Shown here one piece after another: positions 1-9,416 of a stretch of DNA of 64,000 nt. Every line of letters starts with the position of its first letter. Positions within the stretch are counted from its first letter, which is position 1. The notes under the pieces are model-generated. The model was given only the letters and a program-made list of their open reading frames with translations, was not told the origin of the DNA and did no database searches. The DNA is from Limnohabitans sp. (GTDB lineage Bacteria; Pseudomonadota; Gammaproteobacteria; Burkholderiales; Burkholderiaceae_C), in assembly GCA_046052765.1 (NCBI GenBank), contig JAVLFQ010000052.1. One strand, 5' to 3'. The position numbers and the translations under genes were made by a program.

Positions 1-1129
1 CCACGGTTTGACCAGGCTGAATCTCACCACTTAGACCAGCCAGCGCCAAGGTTTGCGGCCTTGACGGGTAATGAAAATCCAGCGTTTGCAATGACAACGA
101 CGAGCCTTGTTGCGGCCAGACTGCTTGCAAAGGGTTTTCGGGGGAACTGACCACAGAGCGTGTGTTGAGCAACTCCATCAAGCGCTCGGTGGCACCTGCG
201 GCGCGCAGCAAATCGCCATATACCTCGCCAAGTACGGCAAATGCACTGGCCAGCAAAATCACATAGACCACCGTTTGGCCGAGTTCACCGGCGCTCATGC
301 TGCCGTCGCGTACCGCCATGGTCCCTTGGTACAAGCCCCACAACAAAGCCGCGCTGCTGGCCAGAATAATGAAGCCGACCAGCACCGAACGCGCTAAAGC
401 GCGGCGTAGCGAAGTTTTCACGGCTTGTTCAGTGGAATCGACAAAGCGCGTCGCTTCGCGTTGTTCGGCGGTATAGCTTTGCACCACAGGAATCGCGTTC
501 AACACTTCGGCAGCCAGCGCACTCGCGTCTGCCACACGGTCTTGGCTGGCGCGTGACAGGCGGCGCACGCGTCGACCCAAAGTCACACTTGGCCAAACCA
601 CCAACACCAGCAAGCCAATGACTTGCACCATCAACATCGGGTGGTTCCACACCAGCATCAACAAGGCACCAGTACCCATCACCAAATTGCGCAAGCCCAT
701 GGACAGCGACGAGCCGACCACGGTTTGCACGAGCGTGGTGTCATTGGACAAACGTGACAAGACTTCGCCGGTTTGTGTGGTTTCGAAAAACGCCGGACTT
801 TGTTGCAGCACATGGCCGTAAACAGCATTGCGAACATCGGCAGTGATGCGCTCACCCAGCCAAGTGACGGTGTAAAAACGCGCTGCTGAAAACAAGGCCA
901 GCGACGCCGCCACACCAAACAGTTGCATGAATTGACCGGCAAGGCGTTCGGCGCTGCCCGGCCCGGTCAGGCCTTGGTCAATCAATTGGCGCAGCGCCCA
1001 AGGAAACGCCAGCGTGGCCCCAGCGGCCAGCAGCAAAAACAAACCGGCCAGCGCAATGCGGCCTTTGTAAGGTCTGACAAACGGCAGCAGACCCGACAGG
1101 GATTGGGGAGAGGAGGTCACAGGGTTCAT
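1..1129 (-). CDS. MsbA-related ABC transporter permease/ATP-binding protein (5' part; runs off the left edge)
   Basis: Not in the ORF track. Manual translation from the ATG at 1129 gives MNPVTSSPQSLSGLLPFVRPYKGRIALAGLF...TWLGERITADVRNAVYGHVLQQSPAFFETTQTGEVLSRLSNDTTLVQ...LDFHYPSRP, an ABC exporter transmembrane domain leading into the NBD. Confidence 0.88.
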   Translation of the reverse strand, partial: MNPVTSSPQSLSGLLPFVRPYKGRIALAGLFLLLAAGATLAFPWALRQLIDQGLTGPGSAERLAGQFMQLFGVAASLALFSAARFYTVTWLGERITADVRNAVYGHVLQQSPAFFETTQTGEVLSRLSNDTTLVQTVVGSSLSMGLRNLVMGTGALLMLVWNHPMLMVQVIGLLVLVVWPSVTLGRRVRRLSRASQDRVADASALAAEVLNAIPVVQSYTAEQREATRFVDSTEQAVKTSLRRALARSVLVGFIILASSAALLWGLYQGTMAVRDGSMSAGELGQTVVYVILLASAFAVLGEVYGDLLRAAGATERLMELLNTRSVVSSPENPLQAVWPQQGSSLSLQTLDFHYPSRPQTLALAGLSGEIQPGQTV

Positions 1130-1190
1130 GGGTTCTGAGAGAAGGGAAACACGTACAAGCTAAGATGCTTACTCGATGAACAGCAAGACA

Positions 1191-1388
1191 TTAAAAATAA
1201 CACCACACACCGGTACACACACCGGTAGCCAGTTGTATCAGGCCATCCATCAACATGCCGATGGCCAACAGGGGCAAGCCAAGGTAAATCAGTGCCCACC
1301 ACACCGCCATGCCGGTCAAACGTGGTTCTGGAATGCGGTATCCCATCACGGTTTGCACCGGGTGGCGCTTGAACAATTTTTTCCACAT
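1191..1388 (-). CDS. Small hypothetical membrane protein (65 aa)
   Basis: Internal ATG of the 98-aa track ORF: MWKKLFKRHPVQTVMGYRIPEPRLTGMAVWWALIYLGLPLLAIGMLMDGLIQLATGVCTGVWCYF. One long hydrophobic segment; fills the gap between two real genes. Confidence 0.65.
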   Translation of the reverse strand: MWKKLFKRHPVQTVMGYRIPEPRLTGMAVWWALIYLGLPLLAIGMLMDGLIQLATGVCTGVWCYF

Positions 1389-1411
1389 ACCTGCATGGTA
1401 ACCAAAACAGG

Positions 1412-2344
1412 ATGGCTGGCGTGAAAGTCGATTGGGGCACGCAAGACATGACGGCTTGGGACCAGGCACACGCAACTGCCGCAGCACCGTTGCAGCAGGA
1501 TTGGGCGTATGGCTCCACCATGGTGTCTGTGGGTGCGCGCGTATGGCGGGCCCGCATCGAGGCTGATGGCGTCGCGGTGGCTCAGGCGCAATTCATTGTG
1601 CGTAAATTTGCAAAATATGTGTCGCTGGCTTTGTGTACACGCGGACCCTTATGGCTGCAAGAAGTGAGTGCCAAGGACAAGGCCGCCGCCTATAAAGAAA
1701 TGCGCCAAACACTTCCCTTGGATGGCTTGCGCTTCATGATGGTCACCCCCAACGAAGCGCTGGATGACAAGCTCGGCTTGCCTGCGCTGCGACGCATCAT
1801 GTCGGGTTACAGCACTGTGATGCTCGACATCAGTCAACCCATGGATGTACTTCGCGCACAACTCGATAAACGCTGGCGCCACCGCTTGGGTGGCGCAGAA
1901 AAATCAGAGCTCAATGTGCAACGCATGGGCACCAACCCAGGCCAATACCGTTGGCTGTTGGACGCTGAAATGCAGCAACGTGCAGACCGTGGCCTGGAAG
2001 GCTTGCCCCTGATCTGGTTCGAGCGTTATGCCGAGTCCCGCAAACAACCTTCGCGCAATTTGTTGTCTTTGCGCGCCGATGTCGGACGTGATCGCGTGGC
2101 AGGCATGATGTTTTTGATCCACGGCGAAGCCGCTACTTATCAAGTGGGCTGGACGTCTGACGTCGGACGCGATTTGCATGCACACAATCTGATGCTGTGG
2201 CGTGCCATCGAAGCATTGCGCGAACGCGGTGTGCGCAGTCTTGATTTAGGTGGCGTCAATACGCAGCGCAGTGCAGGTATCGCACGTTTCAAAATGGCCA
2301 CTGGTGGTAAGGTGATACAGCTGGCTGGCAGTTACTTGTTATGA
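1412..2344 (+). CDS. FemAB-like / GNAT-family acyl(aminoacyl)transferase
   Basis: 310-aa ORF with N-terminal LQQDWAYG and C-terminal AHNLMLWRAI...LDLGG...GIARFK motifs typical of FemABX-like GNAT proteins. The true start may be the GTG at 1421 (AGGA upstream). Confidence 0.75.
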   Translation: MAGVKVDWGTQDMTAWDQAHATAAAPLQQDWAYGSTMVSVGARVWRARIEADGVAVAQAQFIVRKFAKYVSLALCTRGPLWLQEVSAKDKAAAYKEMRQTLPLDGLRFMMVTPNEALDDKLGLPALRRIMSGYSTVMLDISQPMDVLRAQLDKRWRHRLGGAEKSELNVQRMGTNPGQYRWLLDAEMQQRADRGLEGLPLIWFERYAESRKQPSRNLLSLRADVGRDRVAGMMFLIHGEAATYQVGWTSDVGRDLHAHNLMLWRAIEALRERGVRSLDLGGVNTQRSAGIARFKMATGGKVIQLAGSYLL

Positions 2345-2967
2345 GCGATGTCGTTCTGCAAGTATTGAATGCGACATGTGAACGCGGGGGGCGTGCCTTG
2401 TTCGCACCGGTGAGTTTCACCTTGCTTGCCGGTCAGGCCATGCATTTGCAAGGCGATAACGGCGCCGGTAAAACAAGCTTACTGCGCAGCTTGTGCGGTT
2501 TATCCTCGCTTTCTCAAGGACAGTTGCTTTGGTTGGGTCAACCCGTGTCACTGGTGCGTGAAGTTTTTTGGCGCGACGTTTTTTACCTGGGTCATGCGCT
2601 GGGTTTGAAAGACGAGCTCAGTGCTTTAGAAAATTTGCAGCTATGCGCTGCCCTTGCGGGCCAATCCTTGAGTGCCAGCGATGCCGGGCAAGCCTTGGGC
2701 GAGCAAGGTTTGGGCGGGCGTATGCATTTGCCATTGCGCGTGCTGTCACAAGGGCAAAAGCGGCGAGTGGCGTTGGCCCGTTTACAAGTATCAACCGCGC
2801 GTTTATGGGTGTTAGATGAGCCGTTGGTGGCGCTGGACGCTGCGGCGCAACACGCTTTGACCGCGCTGCTTCAAACGCATATCCAACAAGGCGGCATGTT
2901 GTTGTTCACCAGCCACCAGTCATTGGATGTGGGCAACGCGATGCAGGTGTTGAGGTTGCAGCCATGA
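2341..2967 (+). CDS. ccmA: Heme ABC exporter ATP-binding protein CcmA
   Basis: Walker A GDNGAGKT, signature LSQGQKRR, Walker B WVLDEP; first gene of the ccm cluster. Confidence 0.95.
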   Translation: MSDVVLQVLNATCERGGRALFAPVSFTLLAGQAMHLQGDNGAGKTSLLRSLCGLSSLSQGQLLWLGQPVSLVREVFWRDVFYLGHALGLKDELSALENLQLCAALAGQSLSASDAGQALGEQGLGGRMHLPLRVLSQGQKRRVALARLQVSTARLWVLDEPLVALDAAAQHALTALLQTHIQQGGMLLFTSHQSLDVGNAMQVLRLQP

Positions 2968-3629
2968 ACATTTTTTTCACCTTGGTGCAACGCGATCTTC
3001 GTTTAGCCATGCGGCGCAAAGCCGAGGTGTTGAACAGCGTGTTTTTCTTTGTGGTGGTCGCCACTTTGTTTCCACTGGCTATCGGCCCCGAGCCCGCCAT
3101 GCTGCGGCAAATCGGACCTGGCGTGTTATGGGTCGGAGCTTTGCTGGCCACCATGCTGGGCTTGAGCCGCATGTTTGAAGGCGATTACCGTGACGGCAGC
3201 CTTGAGCACATGCTGTTGTCCCCTCATTCCTTAGGGCTTATGGTCCTTGGGAAAATCACCGCCCATTGGCTGCTGTGCGGGGTGCCCTTGGTAATATTGG
3301 CGCCTGTACTGGGTTTGCAGTTTGACCTCAGTGAAGAAGCACTCTGGATGTTGTCCTTGTCTTTGCTGCTTGGCACACCTGTGTTGTCCTGTGTCGGTGC
3401 CATTGGTGCTGCATTGACGCTCGGTGTGCGCGGCGGCGGTATCTTGATTTCCCTGCTGGTGTTGCCCTTGTTTGTACCGGTGCTGGTGTTTGGTGCAGGT
3501 GCTGTGCAAGCGCTTGAGTCTGGTGTGGGTGCGCAAGCCCATGTGTCGATTTTGCTGGCCATGCTGCTGCCTGCACTGTTTTTCAGCCCTTGGGCTTGCA
3601 GTGCAGGTTTGCGCATCGCCTTGGAATGA
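2964..3629 (+). CDS. ccmB: Heme exporter protein CcmB
   Basis: LFPLAIGPEP, DYRDGSLE, KITAHW and LLVLPLFVPVLVFG motifs; 4-bp overlap with ccmA. Confidence 0.95.
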   Translation: MNIFFTLVQRDLRLAMRRKAEVLNSVFFFVVVATLFPLAIGPEPAMLRQIGPGVLWVGALLATMLGLSRMFEGDYRDGSLEHMLLSPHSLGLMVLGKITAHWLLCGVPLVILAPVLGLQFDLSEEALWMLSLSLLLGTPVLSCVGAIGAALTLGVRGGGILISLLVLPLFVPVLVFGAGAVQALESGVGAQAHVSILLAMLLPALFFSPWACSAGLRIALE

Positions 3630-3633
3630 ATGA

Positions 3634-4383
3634 ATGGCTATTCGCTGGTTTTATTACGCTGCACCGCCAACTTTTTACGCGCTGGCAGCCCGTTTATGGC
3701 CTTGGTTAGCCATGCTGGCCGCGGCTTTGGGTGTGGCGGGATTGTGGATAGGGTTTGCGCTGGCCCCGACTGACGCGCAACAAGGCGAGGGTTACCGCAT
3801 TATTTTTGTTCATGTGCCTGCTTCTTGGATGTCCATGGTGATTTATCTGGCCATGGCTTTTTGGAGCGTGCTGGGCCTGACATTCAACACCCGTTTATCC
3901 GGCATGATGACCCGCGCACTGGCACCCACTGGAGCGATGTTTGCCTTTTTGTCATTGTGGACTGGCGCCTTGTGGGGCAAGCCCATGTGGGGCACTTGGT
4001 GGGTCTGGGATGCACGGCTCACGTCTGAGTTGATATTGTTTTTTCTCTACCTCGGTTACATGGCTTTAACATCTGCGATTGACGATGTACGCCGCGCCGA
4101 CCGCGCGGGTGCGTTGATCGCGATTGTGGGCGCCATCAATGTGCCCATCATTTATTTTTCGGTCAAGTGGTGGAATACCTTGCACCAAGGTGCATCGGTG
4201 TCGCTCACGCGTTCACCCAGCATGGCGCAGTTGATGTTGTGGGGTATGTTGCTCATGGCCTTGTCTTTTTGGGCTTACACCTTGGCCATTGTTTGTTACC
4301 GGGTTCGCAGTCTGATCATCGAGCGCGAACGCCACACCGAATGGGTACAGGCTTTGCCTGAAGTCTCTGGAGTCAAAGCATGA
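3634..4383 (+). CDS. ccmC: Heme exporter protein CcmC
   Basis: HVPASW and the WWD motif WGKPMWGTWWVWDARLT; LHQG. Confidence 0.97.
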   Translation: MAIRWFYYAAPPTFYALAARLWPWLAMLAAALGVAGLWIGFALAPTDAQQGEGYRIIFVHVPASWMSMVIYLAMAFWSVLGLTFNTRLSGMMTRALAPTGAMFAFLSLWTGALWGKPMWGTWWVWDARLTSELILFFLYLGYMALTSAIDDVRRADRAGALIAIVGAINVPIIYFSVKWWNTLHQGASVSLTRSPSMAQLMLWGMLLMALSFWAYTLAIVCYRVRSLIIERERHTEWVQALPEVSGVKA

Positions 4384-4550
4384 GGTGGGAAAGCTGGTCA
4401 CAGTTTTGGGACATGGGCGGCTACGGCCTGTATGTCTGGGGCAGCATGGGCGTGACGGCCGTGTTCATACTGCTTGAAATCTGGCAGGCCAGACAAGCGC
4501 ATTTGAGCGCATTGGCGCTGGCCCGTGCTGAAGTGCAGGAGCCTTCATGA
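4380..4550 (+). CDS. ccmD: Heme exporter protein CcmD (56 aa)
   Basis: Below the ORF-track cutoff. [36 protein letters not shown]... carries the MGGY..YVW motif; ATGA overlaps with both ccmC and ccmE. Confidence 0.93.
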   Translation: MRWESWSQFWDMGGYGLYVWGSMGVTAVFILLEIWQARQAHLSALALARAEVQEPS

Positions 4551-4999
4551 ATTGGAGTCCGCGTCAAAAACGCTTGGGATTGATCGCTGCCGGAGTGCTG
4601 GTGTTGTCAATAGCCGCTGCTTTTGTGCTGAATGCGTTCAACAGCAACTTGGTGTTTTTCTTCACGCCCACCCAAGTGCTCAATGGTGAAGCGCCGCGCA
4701 ACAAAACCTTTCGCATCGGCGGTATGGTCAAGGCCGGCAGTTTGCAACGCGACGGCACCCTGGTGTCATTTGTTGTCACCGACACCATGCACGATATGAA
4801 GGTGCATTACAGTGGCTTGTTGCCTGATTTGTTCAAAGAAGGCAAGGGCGTGGTCGCCCAAGGCAAGTTGGATGAACAAGGTGTGATGACCGCCAGCGAA
4901 GTACTGGCCAAACACGACGAAAATTACATGCCGCCCGAAGCCCAGCACGCGCTGGACAAGGCGGCCCAGGCGCGTGCCGCCCAATCTGTCAAACCTTGA
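4547..4999 (+). CDS. ccmE: Heme chaperone CcmE
   Basis: [21 protein letters not shown], and the canonical LAKHDENY (HxxxY) heme-binding motif. Confidence 0.97.
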   Translation: MNWSPRQKRLGLIAAGVLVLSIAAAFVLNAFNSNLVFFFTPTQVLNGEAPRNKTFRIGGMVKAGSLQRDGTLVSFVVTDTMHDMKVHYSGLLPDLFKEGKGVVAQGKLDEQGVMTASEVLAKHDENYMPPEAQHALDKAAQARAAQSVKP

Positions 5000-5012
5000 A
5001 AGCAAAGTCGGA

Positions 5013-6971
5013 ATGATTCCTGAACTCGGTCAATTTGCGTTGATTCTCGCCACCATGCTGGCGCTGTTGCTGGGCATATTGCCTTTGTGGGGTGCGGTCA
5101 ATCGCAACATCGTATGGCAATCGCTGGCGCGTCCGGCTGCGTTTTTGCAGTTCGCGCTGGTGGTGTTGTCGTTTGCTTGTTTGGCAGCCTCTTTTTTGAG
5201 CAATGATTTTTCGGTCAAGTATGTGGCTGAACATTCCAACCGTTTATTACCACGCGCATACCAGTTTGCTGCAGTATGGGGCGGTCACGAAGGTTCGTTG
5301 TTGTTATGGGTGTTGATGCTGACGGGTTGGACCGCCGCCGTGGCTTTGTTCTCGCAAAGCCTGCCTTTGAACATGGTGGCGCGTGTGCTCGGCGTACTGG
5401 GTTTGGTGGCTGTGGGTTTCATGGCTTTCATCTTGATCACCTCCAACCCGTTTGACCGCTTGTTTCCGATTCCGGCTGATGGCCGTGACCTGAATCCCTT
5501 GTTGCAGGACCCGGGTTTGGTGATGCATCCCCCCATGCTGTACATGGGTTATGTGGGTATGTCAGTGGCGTTTGCTTTCGCGATTGCCGCGCTGATATCT
5601 GGTCGCTTGGATGCCGCCTGGGCGCGTTGGTCGCGTCCCTGGACTGTCATTGCGTGGTCCTTTCTCACGTTTGGTATCGGGCTGGGTTCATGGTGGGCTT
5701 ATTACGAATTGGGTTGGGGCGGTTGGTGGTTTTGGGACCCGGTGGAAAACGCCTCCCTCATGCCTTGGTTGGTCGGTACCGCTCTCATTCATTCCTTGAT
5801 GGTGAGTGAAAAACGCGGCAGCTTCAAGGCGTGGACTGTGTTGCTGGCCATCGCTGCTTTTTCCTTGTCGCTGCTGGGCACATTTTTGGTTCGCTCGGGC
5901 GTGCTCACATCAGTGCATGCGTTTGCAACCGACCCTGCGCGAGGCATTTTCGTGTTGTGTTTTCTCGCCATAGTCATCGGCGCATCTCTCACTTTGTTTG
6001 CTTGGCGCGCGCCTGCTGTCACGCTGGGCGGCAGCATGGGTTTGGTGTCGCGCGAATCATTTTTGCTGCTCAATAGCGTGTTGCTGGTGGTCGCCACTGG
6101 TGCTGTCTTGCTGGGCACCTTGTATCCATTGATCATTGACGCACTCAACCTAGGCAAGTTATCCGTCGGGCCGCCTTATTTCAATTTGGTGTTTGCGCCT
6201 CTCATGGTGCCCTTGTTGTTTGTGCTGGTGCCGGGCACTGTGGCGCATTGGCGTGAAGCCCGTTTGAATGACATGGTGCTGCGCTTGCGTTGGATCGCCT
6301 TGGCTGCTTTTTTGTTGGCTATCGGTTTGCCGTTCTTGTTCGGTGAATGGTCTGCTGGAACTGCGTTAGGTGTATTTCTCGGCATGTGGGTGGCTTTGGG
6401 CAGTTTGCAGCATGTGGTTGAACGCATACGCAAACCCGGACGCATAGGCGGCTCTTTCTGGGGCATGCACTTGGCGCATTTCGGCATGGCGGTGCTGGTG
6501 CTGGGTATCACCGGTGTCAAGTCGTTTGAGGTTGAGCGTGATGTGCGCATGGCCTTGGGCGACACCGTCACGATTGCACCCTACACCTTCCGTTTGGCTG
6601 ATATGGTGGATGTGAAGGGACCAAATTACAAAGCCATGCAAGCCCATGTGGAAGTTTTAAAGAACGATCAAGTGATTGAAGTTTTGTACCCAGAAAAACG
6701 GCGTTATTTCTCCAGCGCTATGCCAATGACCGAAGCTGCCATTGATTCAGGCGTGCTGCGCGATTTGTATGTTTCCTTGGGCGACCCCTTGCCGGGTGAC
6801 ACGCCCAGTTGGAGCATGCGTGTGTATTACAAACCTTTTGTGCCTTGGTTATGGGCCGGTGTGTTGATGATGGTGCTCGGTGGTGTGCTGGCTGCACTGG
6901 ACCGGCGTTACCGCCGTGGCAGCGTGTCACCGTTACAAACGGCGGGTGAGGCCTTGTCTTCTGCGTCTTGA
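5013..6971 (+). CDS. ccmF: Cytochrome c heme lyase CcmF
   Basis: MIPELGQ start, WGGHEGS, HPP, WGGWWFWDPVEN, SVHAF. Confidence 0.97.
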   Translation: MIPELGQFALILATMLALLLGILPLWGAVNRNIVWQSLARPAAFLQFALVVLSFACLAASFLSNDFSVKYVAEHSNRLLPRAYQFAAVWGGHEGSLLLWVLMLTGWTAAVALFSQSLPLNMVARVLGVLGLVAVGFMAFILITSNPFDRLFPIPADGRDLNPLLQDPGLVMHPPMLYMGYVGMSVAFAFAIAALISGRLDAAWARWSRPWTVIAWSFLTFGIGLGSWWAYYELGWGGWWFWDPVENASLMPWLVGTALIHSLMVSEKRGSFKAWTVLLAIAAFSLSLLGTFLVRSGVLTSVHAFATDPARGIFVLCFLAIVIGASLTLFAWRAPAVTLGGSMGLVSRESFLLLNSVLLVVATGAVLLGTLYPLIIDALNLGKLSVGPPYFNLVFAPLMVPLLFVLVPGTVAHWREARLNDMVLRLRWIALAAFLLAIGLPFLFGEWSAGTALGVFLGMWVALGSLQHVVERIRKPGRIGGSFWGMHLAHFGMAVLVLGITGVKSFEVERDVRMALGDTVTIAPYTFRLADMVDVKGPNYKAMQAHVEVLKNDQVIEVLYPEKRRYFSSAMPMTEAAIDSGVLRDLYVSLGDPLPGDTPSWSMRVYYKPFVPWLWAGVLMMVLGGVLAALDRRYRRGSVSPLQTAGEALSSAS

Positions 6972-6975
6972 TGCC

Positions 6976-7560
6976 ATGAACAAAAAATTCCTCATCCCTT
7001 TGGGCTTGTTTGCTGCGCTGGTGGTTTTTCTGGCGGTCGGTCTCACGCGAGACCCGCGTGAAATCCCATCGCCTTTGGTAGGTAAACCTGCGCCTGATTT
7101 CAGCCTGCCGGTGCTGGCAGGCGACAAGCCTTTCAGTCCGGCGGACATGAACGGCAAAGTCTGGTTGTTCAACGTCTGGGCGACTTGGTGTGTCGCATGC
7201 CGCGAAGAACACCCTTTGCTGGTGGAATTTTCTAAAAACAGCAAAGTGCCGGTGGTGGGTTTGAGCTACAAGGAAATTCAACCACAGGACATGGCCAACG
7301 GCCCCATGAAAGACGCCGAAAAATTGCAGTTGGCGCGAGAACGCAGTCTGCGTTTTTTACAGCGCCAAGGTAACCCCTACAGTTTGTCAGTGCTAGACCT
7401 TGATGGCCGAGTAGGCATTGACTACGGGGTGTATGGTGTGCCGGAAACTTATCTCATCGACAAGCAAGGCGTCATCCGTTACAAACGCGTCGGCCCACTC
7501 ACTCCACAAATATTGCAAGACACCTTGTTACCTCTGATACAGAAATGGGAAGCTTCATGA
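6976..7560 (+). CDS. ccmG: Thiol:disulfide interchange protein CcmG/DsbE
   Basis: MNKKFLIPL start, WATWCVACREE (CxxC), GIDYGVYGVPETY. Confidence 0.95.
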   Translation: MNKKFLIPLGLFAALVVFLAVGLTRDPREIPSPLVGKPAPDFSLPVLAGDKPFSPADMNGKVWLFNVWATWCVACREEHPLLVEFSKNSKVPVVGLSYKEIQPQDMANGPMKDAEKLQLARERSLRFLQRQGNPYSLSVLDLDGRVGIDYGVYGVPETYLIDKQGVIRYKRVGPLTPQILQDTLLPLIQKWEAS

Positions 7561-8000
7561 AGTGGATGTTGGGGTTCGCCATGCTGATGGCCTGCGTTGT
7601 TCGGGCGGGCGATGCCCCGCCCATGGCAGAGGACCCGCAGGTCGAAGCACGCTTGGTGGTGATAGCCGAGGAATTGCGTTGTCTGGTTTGTCAGAATGAA
7701 TCGCTGGCTTCTTCCCACGCCGAGCTGGCCGAAGATTTGCGACGCGAAGTGCGCAAGCTCATCCGTGAGGACAAATCCGATGCTGAAATCAAAACTTACC
7801 TGGTTGATCGTTACGGTGACTTTGTGTTGTACCGGCCGCAGGTCAAACCGCTGACCTGGCCGTTATGGTTTGGTCCTTTTTTGATGTTGCTGTTGGCTGT
7901 ATGGGGTTTGTGGCGTTATTTGCAGTTGCGTAAAAACGCATTGCTTGCACAAGCCGAACCGCAACACGAACCGATTGTTGATACGCGCGCCAAGGATTGA
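7557..8000 (+). CDS. ccmH: Cytochrome c biogenesis protein CcmH
   Basis: LRCLVCQNES and RYGDFVLY motifs; ATGA overlap with ccmG. Confidence 0.95.
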   Translation: MKWMLGFAMLMACVVRAGDAPPMAEDPQVEARLVVIAEELRCLVCQNESLASSHAELAEDLRREVRKLIREDKSDAEIKTYLVDRYGDFVLYRPQVKPLTWPLWFGPFLMLLLAVWGLWRYLQLRKNALLAQAEPQHEPIVDTRAKD

Positions 8001-9290
8001 ATGAACAACGCACAGCTATTTCTTTTGTTGGCACTGGCCATGAGCTTGCTGGTGGCGCTGGTTCTAGGCTGGTCGGCCCACCGCGCCGCCAAAGCCATCG
8101 CCATTGGGCAAGAGCGCGACCACGTGATGTCGCACATCACCGTGTATCGCGAGCAACTTGCTGAACTTGAACGTGAACTCCACCAAGGCAGCTTGGACCA
8201 AGCAGGGTTTGATTTGTCTCACCAAGAGTTGACCCAACGCTTGATGGAAGACGCGCCTGCCAACGACTCGGCCCCAGAGACCAAGCCCGTACCTCGTGTG
8301 CGCTGGTTGATTGCCTTGATGGCGCTGCTGCTGCCATTGGCTGCGCTTGGCGTGTATTTCTTCGTCGGTACGCCGGTTGCGCTGGACCCTGCTTTGATTG
8401 CACAAGCCAATGGCGATGAGCAAATGACGCCACAAAAACTCGAAGCCATGGCAGTACAACTTAGCCAACGTCTGGAGAAGGAACCCCAAAACGCAGAAGG
8501 CTGGGTCATGTTGGGCCGCATACAACGGGCGTTGGCGCGTTACGACCAAGCAGATGCAGCGCTGCAAAAAGCGCTGGCACTGGAGCGCAACGACGATATT
8601 TTGATTGAACGCGCCGAAGTGCTGGCGCAAAAAAACGAGGGCAGTTTCAAAGGCGAACCATGGGCCATCATCAACGGGGTGCTCAAAGCCGATCCGCAAA
8701 ACGGCAATGCCTTGTTGCTTGCTGGCAGTGCAGCGTTCTCTGAAGCTCGTTTCAAAGACGCACTGGCCTATTGGGAAAAAGTGCGTGGTCTGTTGCCTGC
8801 GTCTTCGCCTGATTTACCCGCACTCGCAGAGGCGATTGACAAAGCACGTGAGCATTTGGGCTTGCCGCCGCTTGCGCCTTTATCCACCGCCAACGCCCCG
8901 GCAAGCGCAGGTGTCATGGCCAAATCTGCATCCGACGGCACCGAGCGTTTGAGTGGTCAGGTGGCAATGGCGCCCGAGTTGGCAGCGCAAGTGTCACCCA
9001 AGGACACCGTGTTTATTTATGCCAATGCAGCCGACGGCCCACGCATGCCTTTGGCCATCATCCGCACCACGGTCGACAAATTGCCCTATGACTTTGTGCT
9101 CGACGACAGCTTGGCTATGAACCCGCAAATGAAACTCTCGCAGGTCAAGTCGGTGATGGTGCGCGCCCGCATCTCCAAAACTGGTAACGCCATGCCGCAA
9201 GCCGGTGACTTCGGCGCCAGCGTCGGCCCGGTCACGCCGGGCAGCCCGGACAAATTGCAGTTAACGATTTCTAAAGCCTTGACACCGTGA
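8001..9290 (+). CDS. ccmI: Cytochrome c biogenesis protein CcmI/CycH (TPR)
   Basis: YREQLAELERE, TPR-like EGWVMLGR...A...W segments, and a C-terminal PRMPLA...ARISK domain. Confidence 0.92.
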   Translation: MNNAQLFLLLALAMSLLVALVLGWSAHRAAKAIAIGQERDHVMSHITVYREQLAELERELHQGSLDQAGFDLSHQELTQRLMEDAPANDSAPETKPVPRVRWLIALMALLLPLAALGVYFFVGTPVALDPALIAQANGDEQMTPQKLEAMAVQLSQRLEKEPQNAEGWVMLGRIQRALARYDQADAALQKALALERNDDILIERAEVLAQKNEGSFKGEPWAIINGVLKADPQNGNALLLAGSAAFSEARFKDALAYWEKVRGLLPASSPDLPALAEAIDKAREHLGLPPLAPLSTANAPASAGVMAKSASDGTERLSGQVAMAPELAAQVSPKDTVFIYANAADGPRMPLAIIRTTVDKLPYDFVLDDSLAMNPQMKLSQVKSVMVRARISKTGNAMPQAGDFGASVGPVTPGSPDKLQLTISKALTP

Positions 9291-9365
9291 GCACCTTTTC
9301 ATAGGACTGTTGCGACAACAGCGCTTGATGAAAACCACACCCGCGGTGAAGACCGTTTGAAAGTC

Positions 9366-9393
9366 AAAAAAACCGGCCTAGGCCGGTCTTTTT
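9366..9393. terminator. Bidirectional intrinsic terminator
   Basis: AAAAAAA-CCGGCC-TA-GGCCGG-TCTTTTT between the convergent ccmI and response regulator genes. Confidence 0.8.
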
Positions 9394-9416
9394 GGGGGAG
9401 CTGCAGGTGAAAAAGA

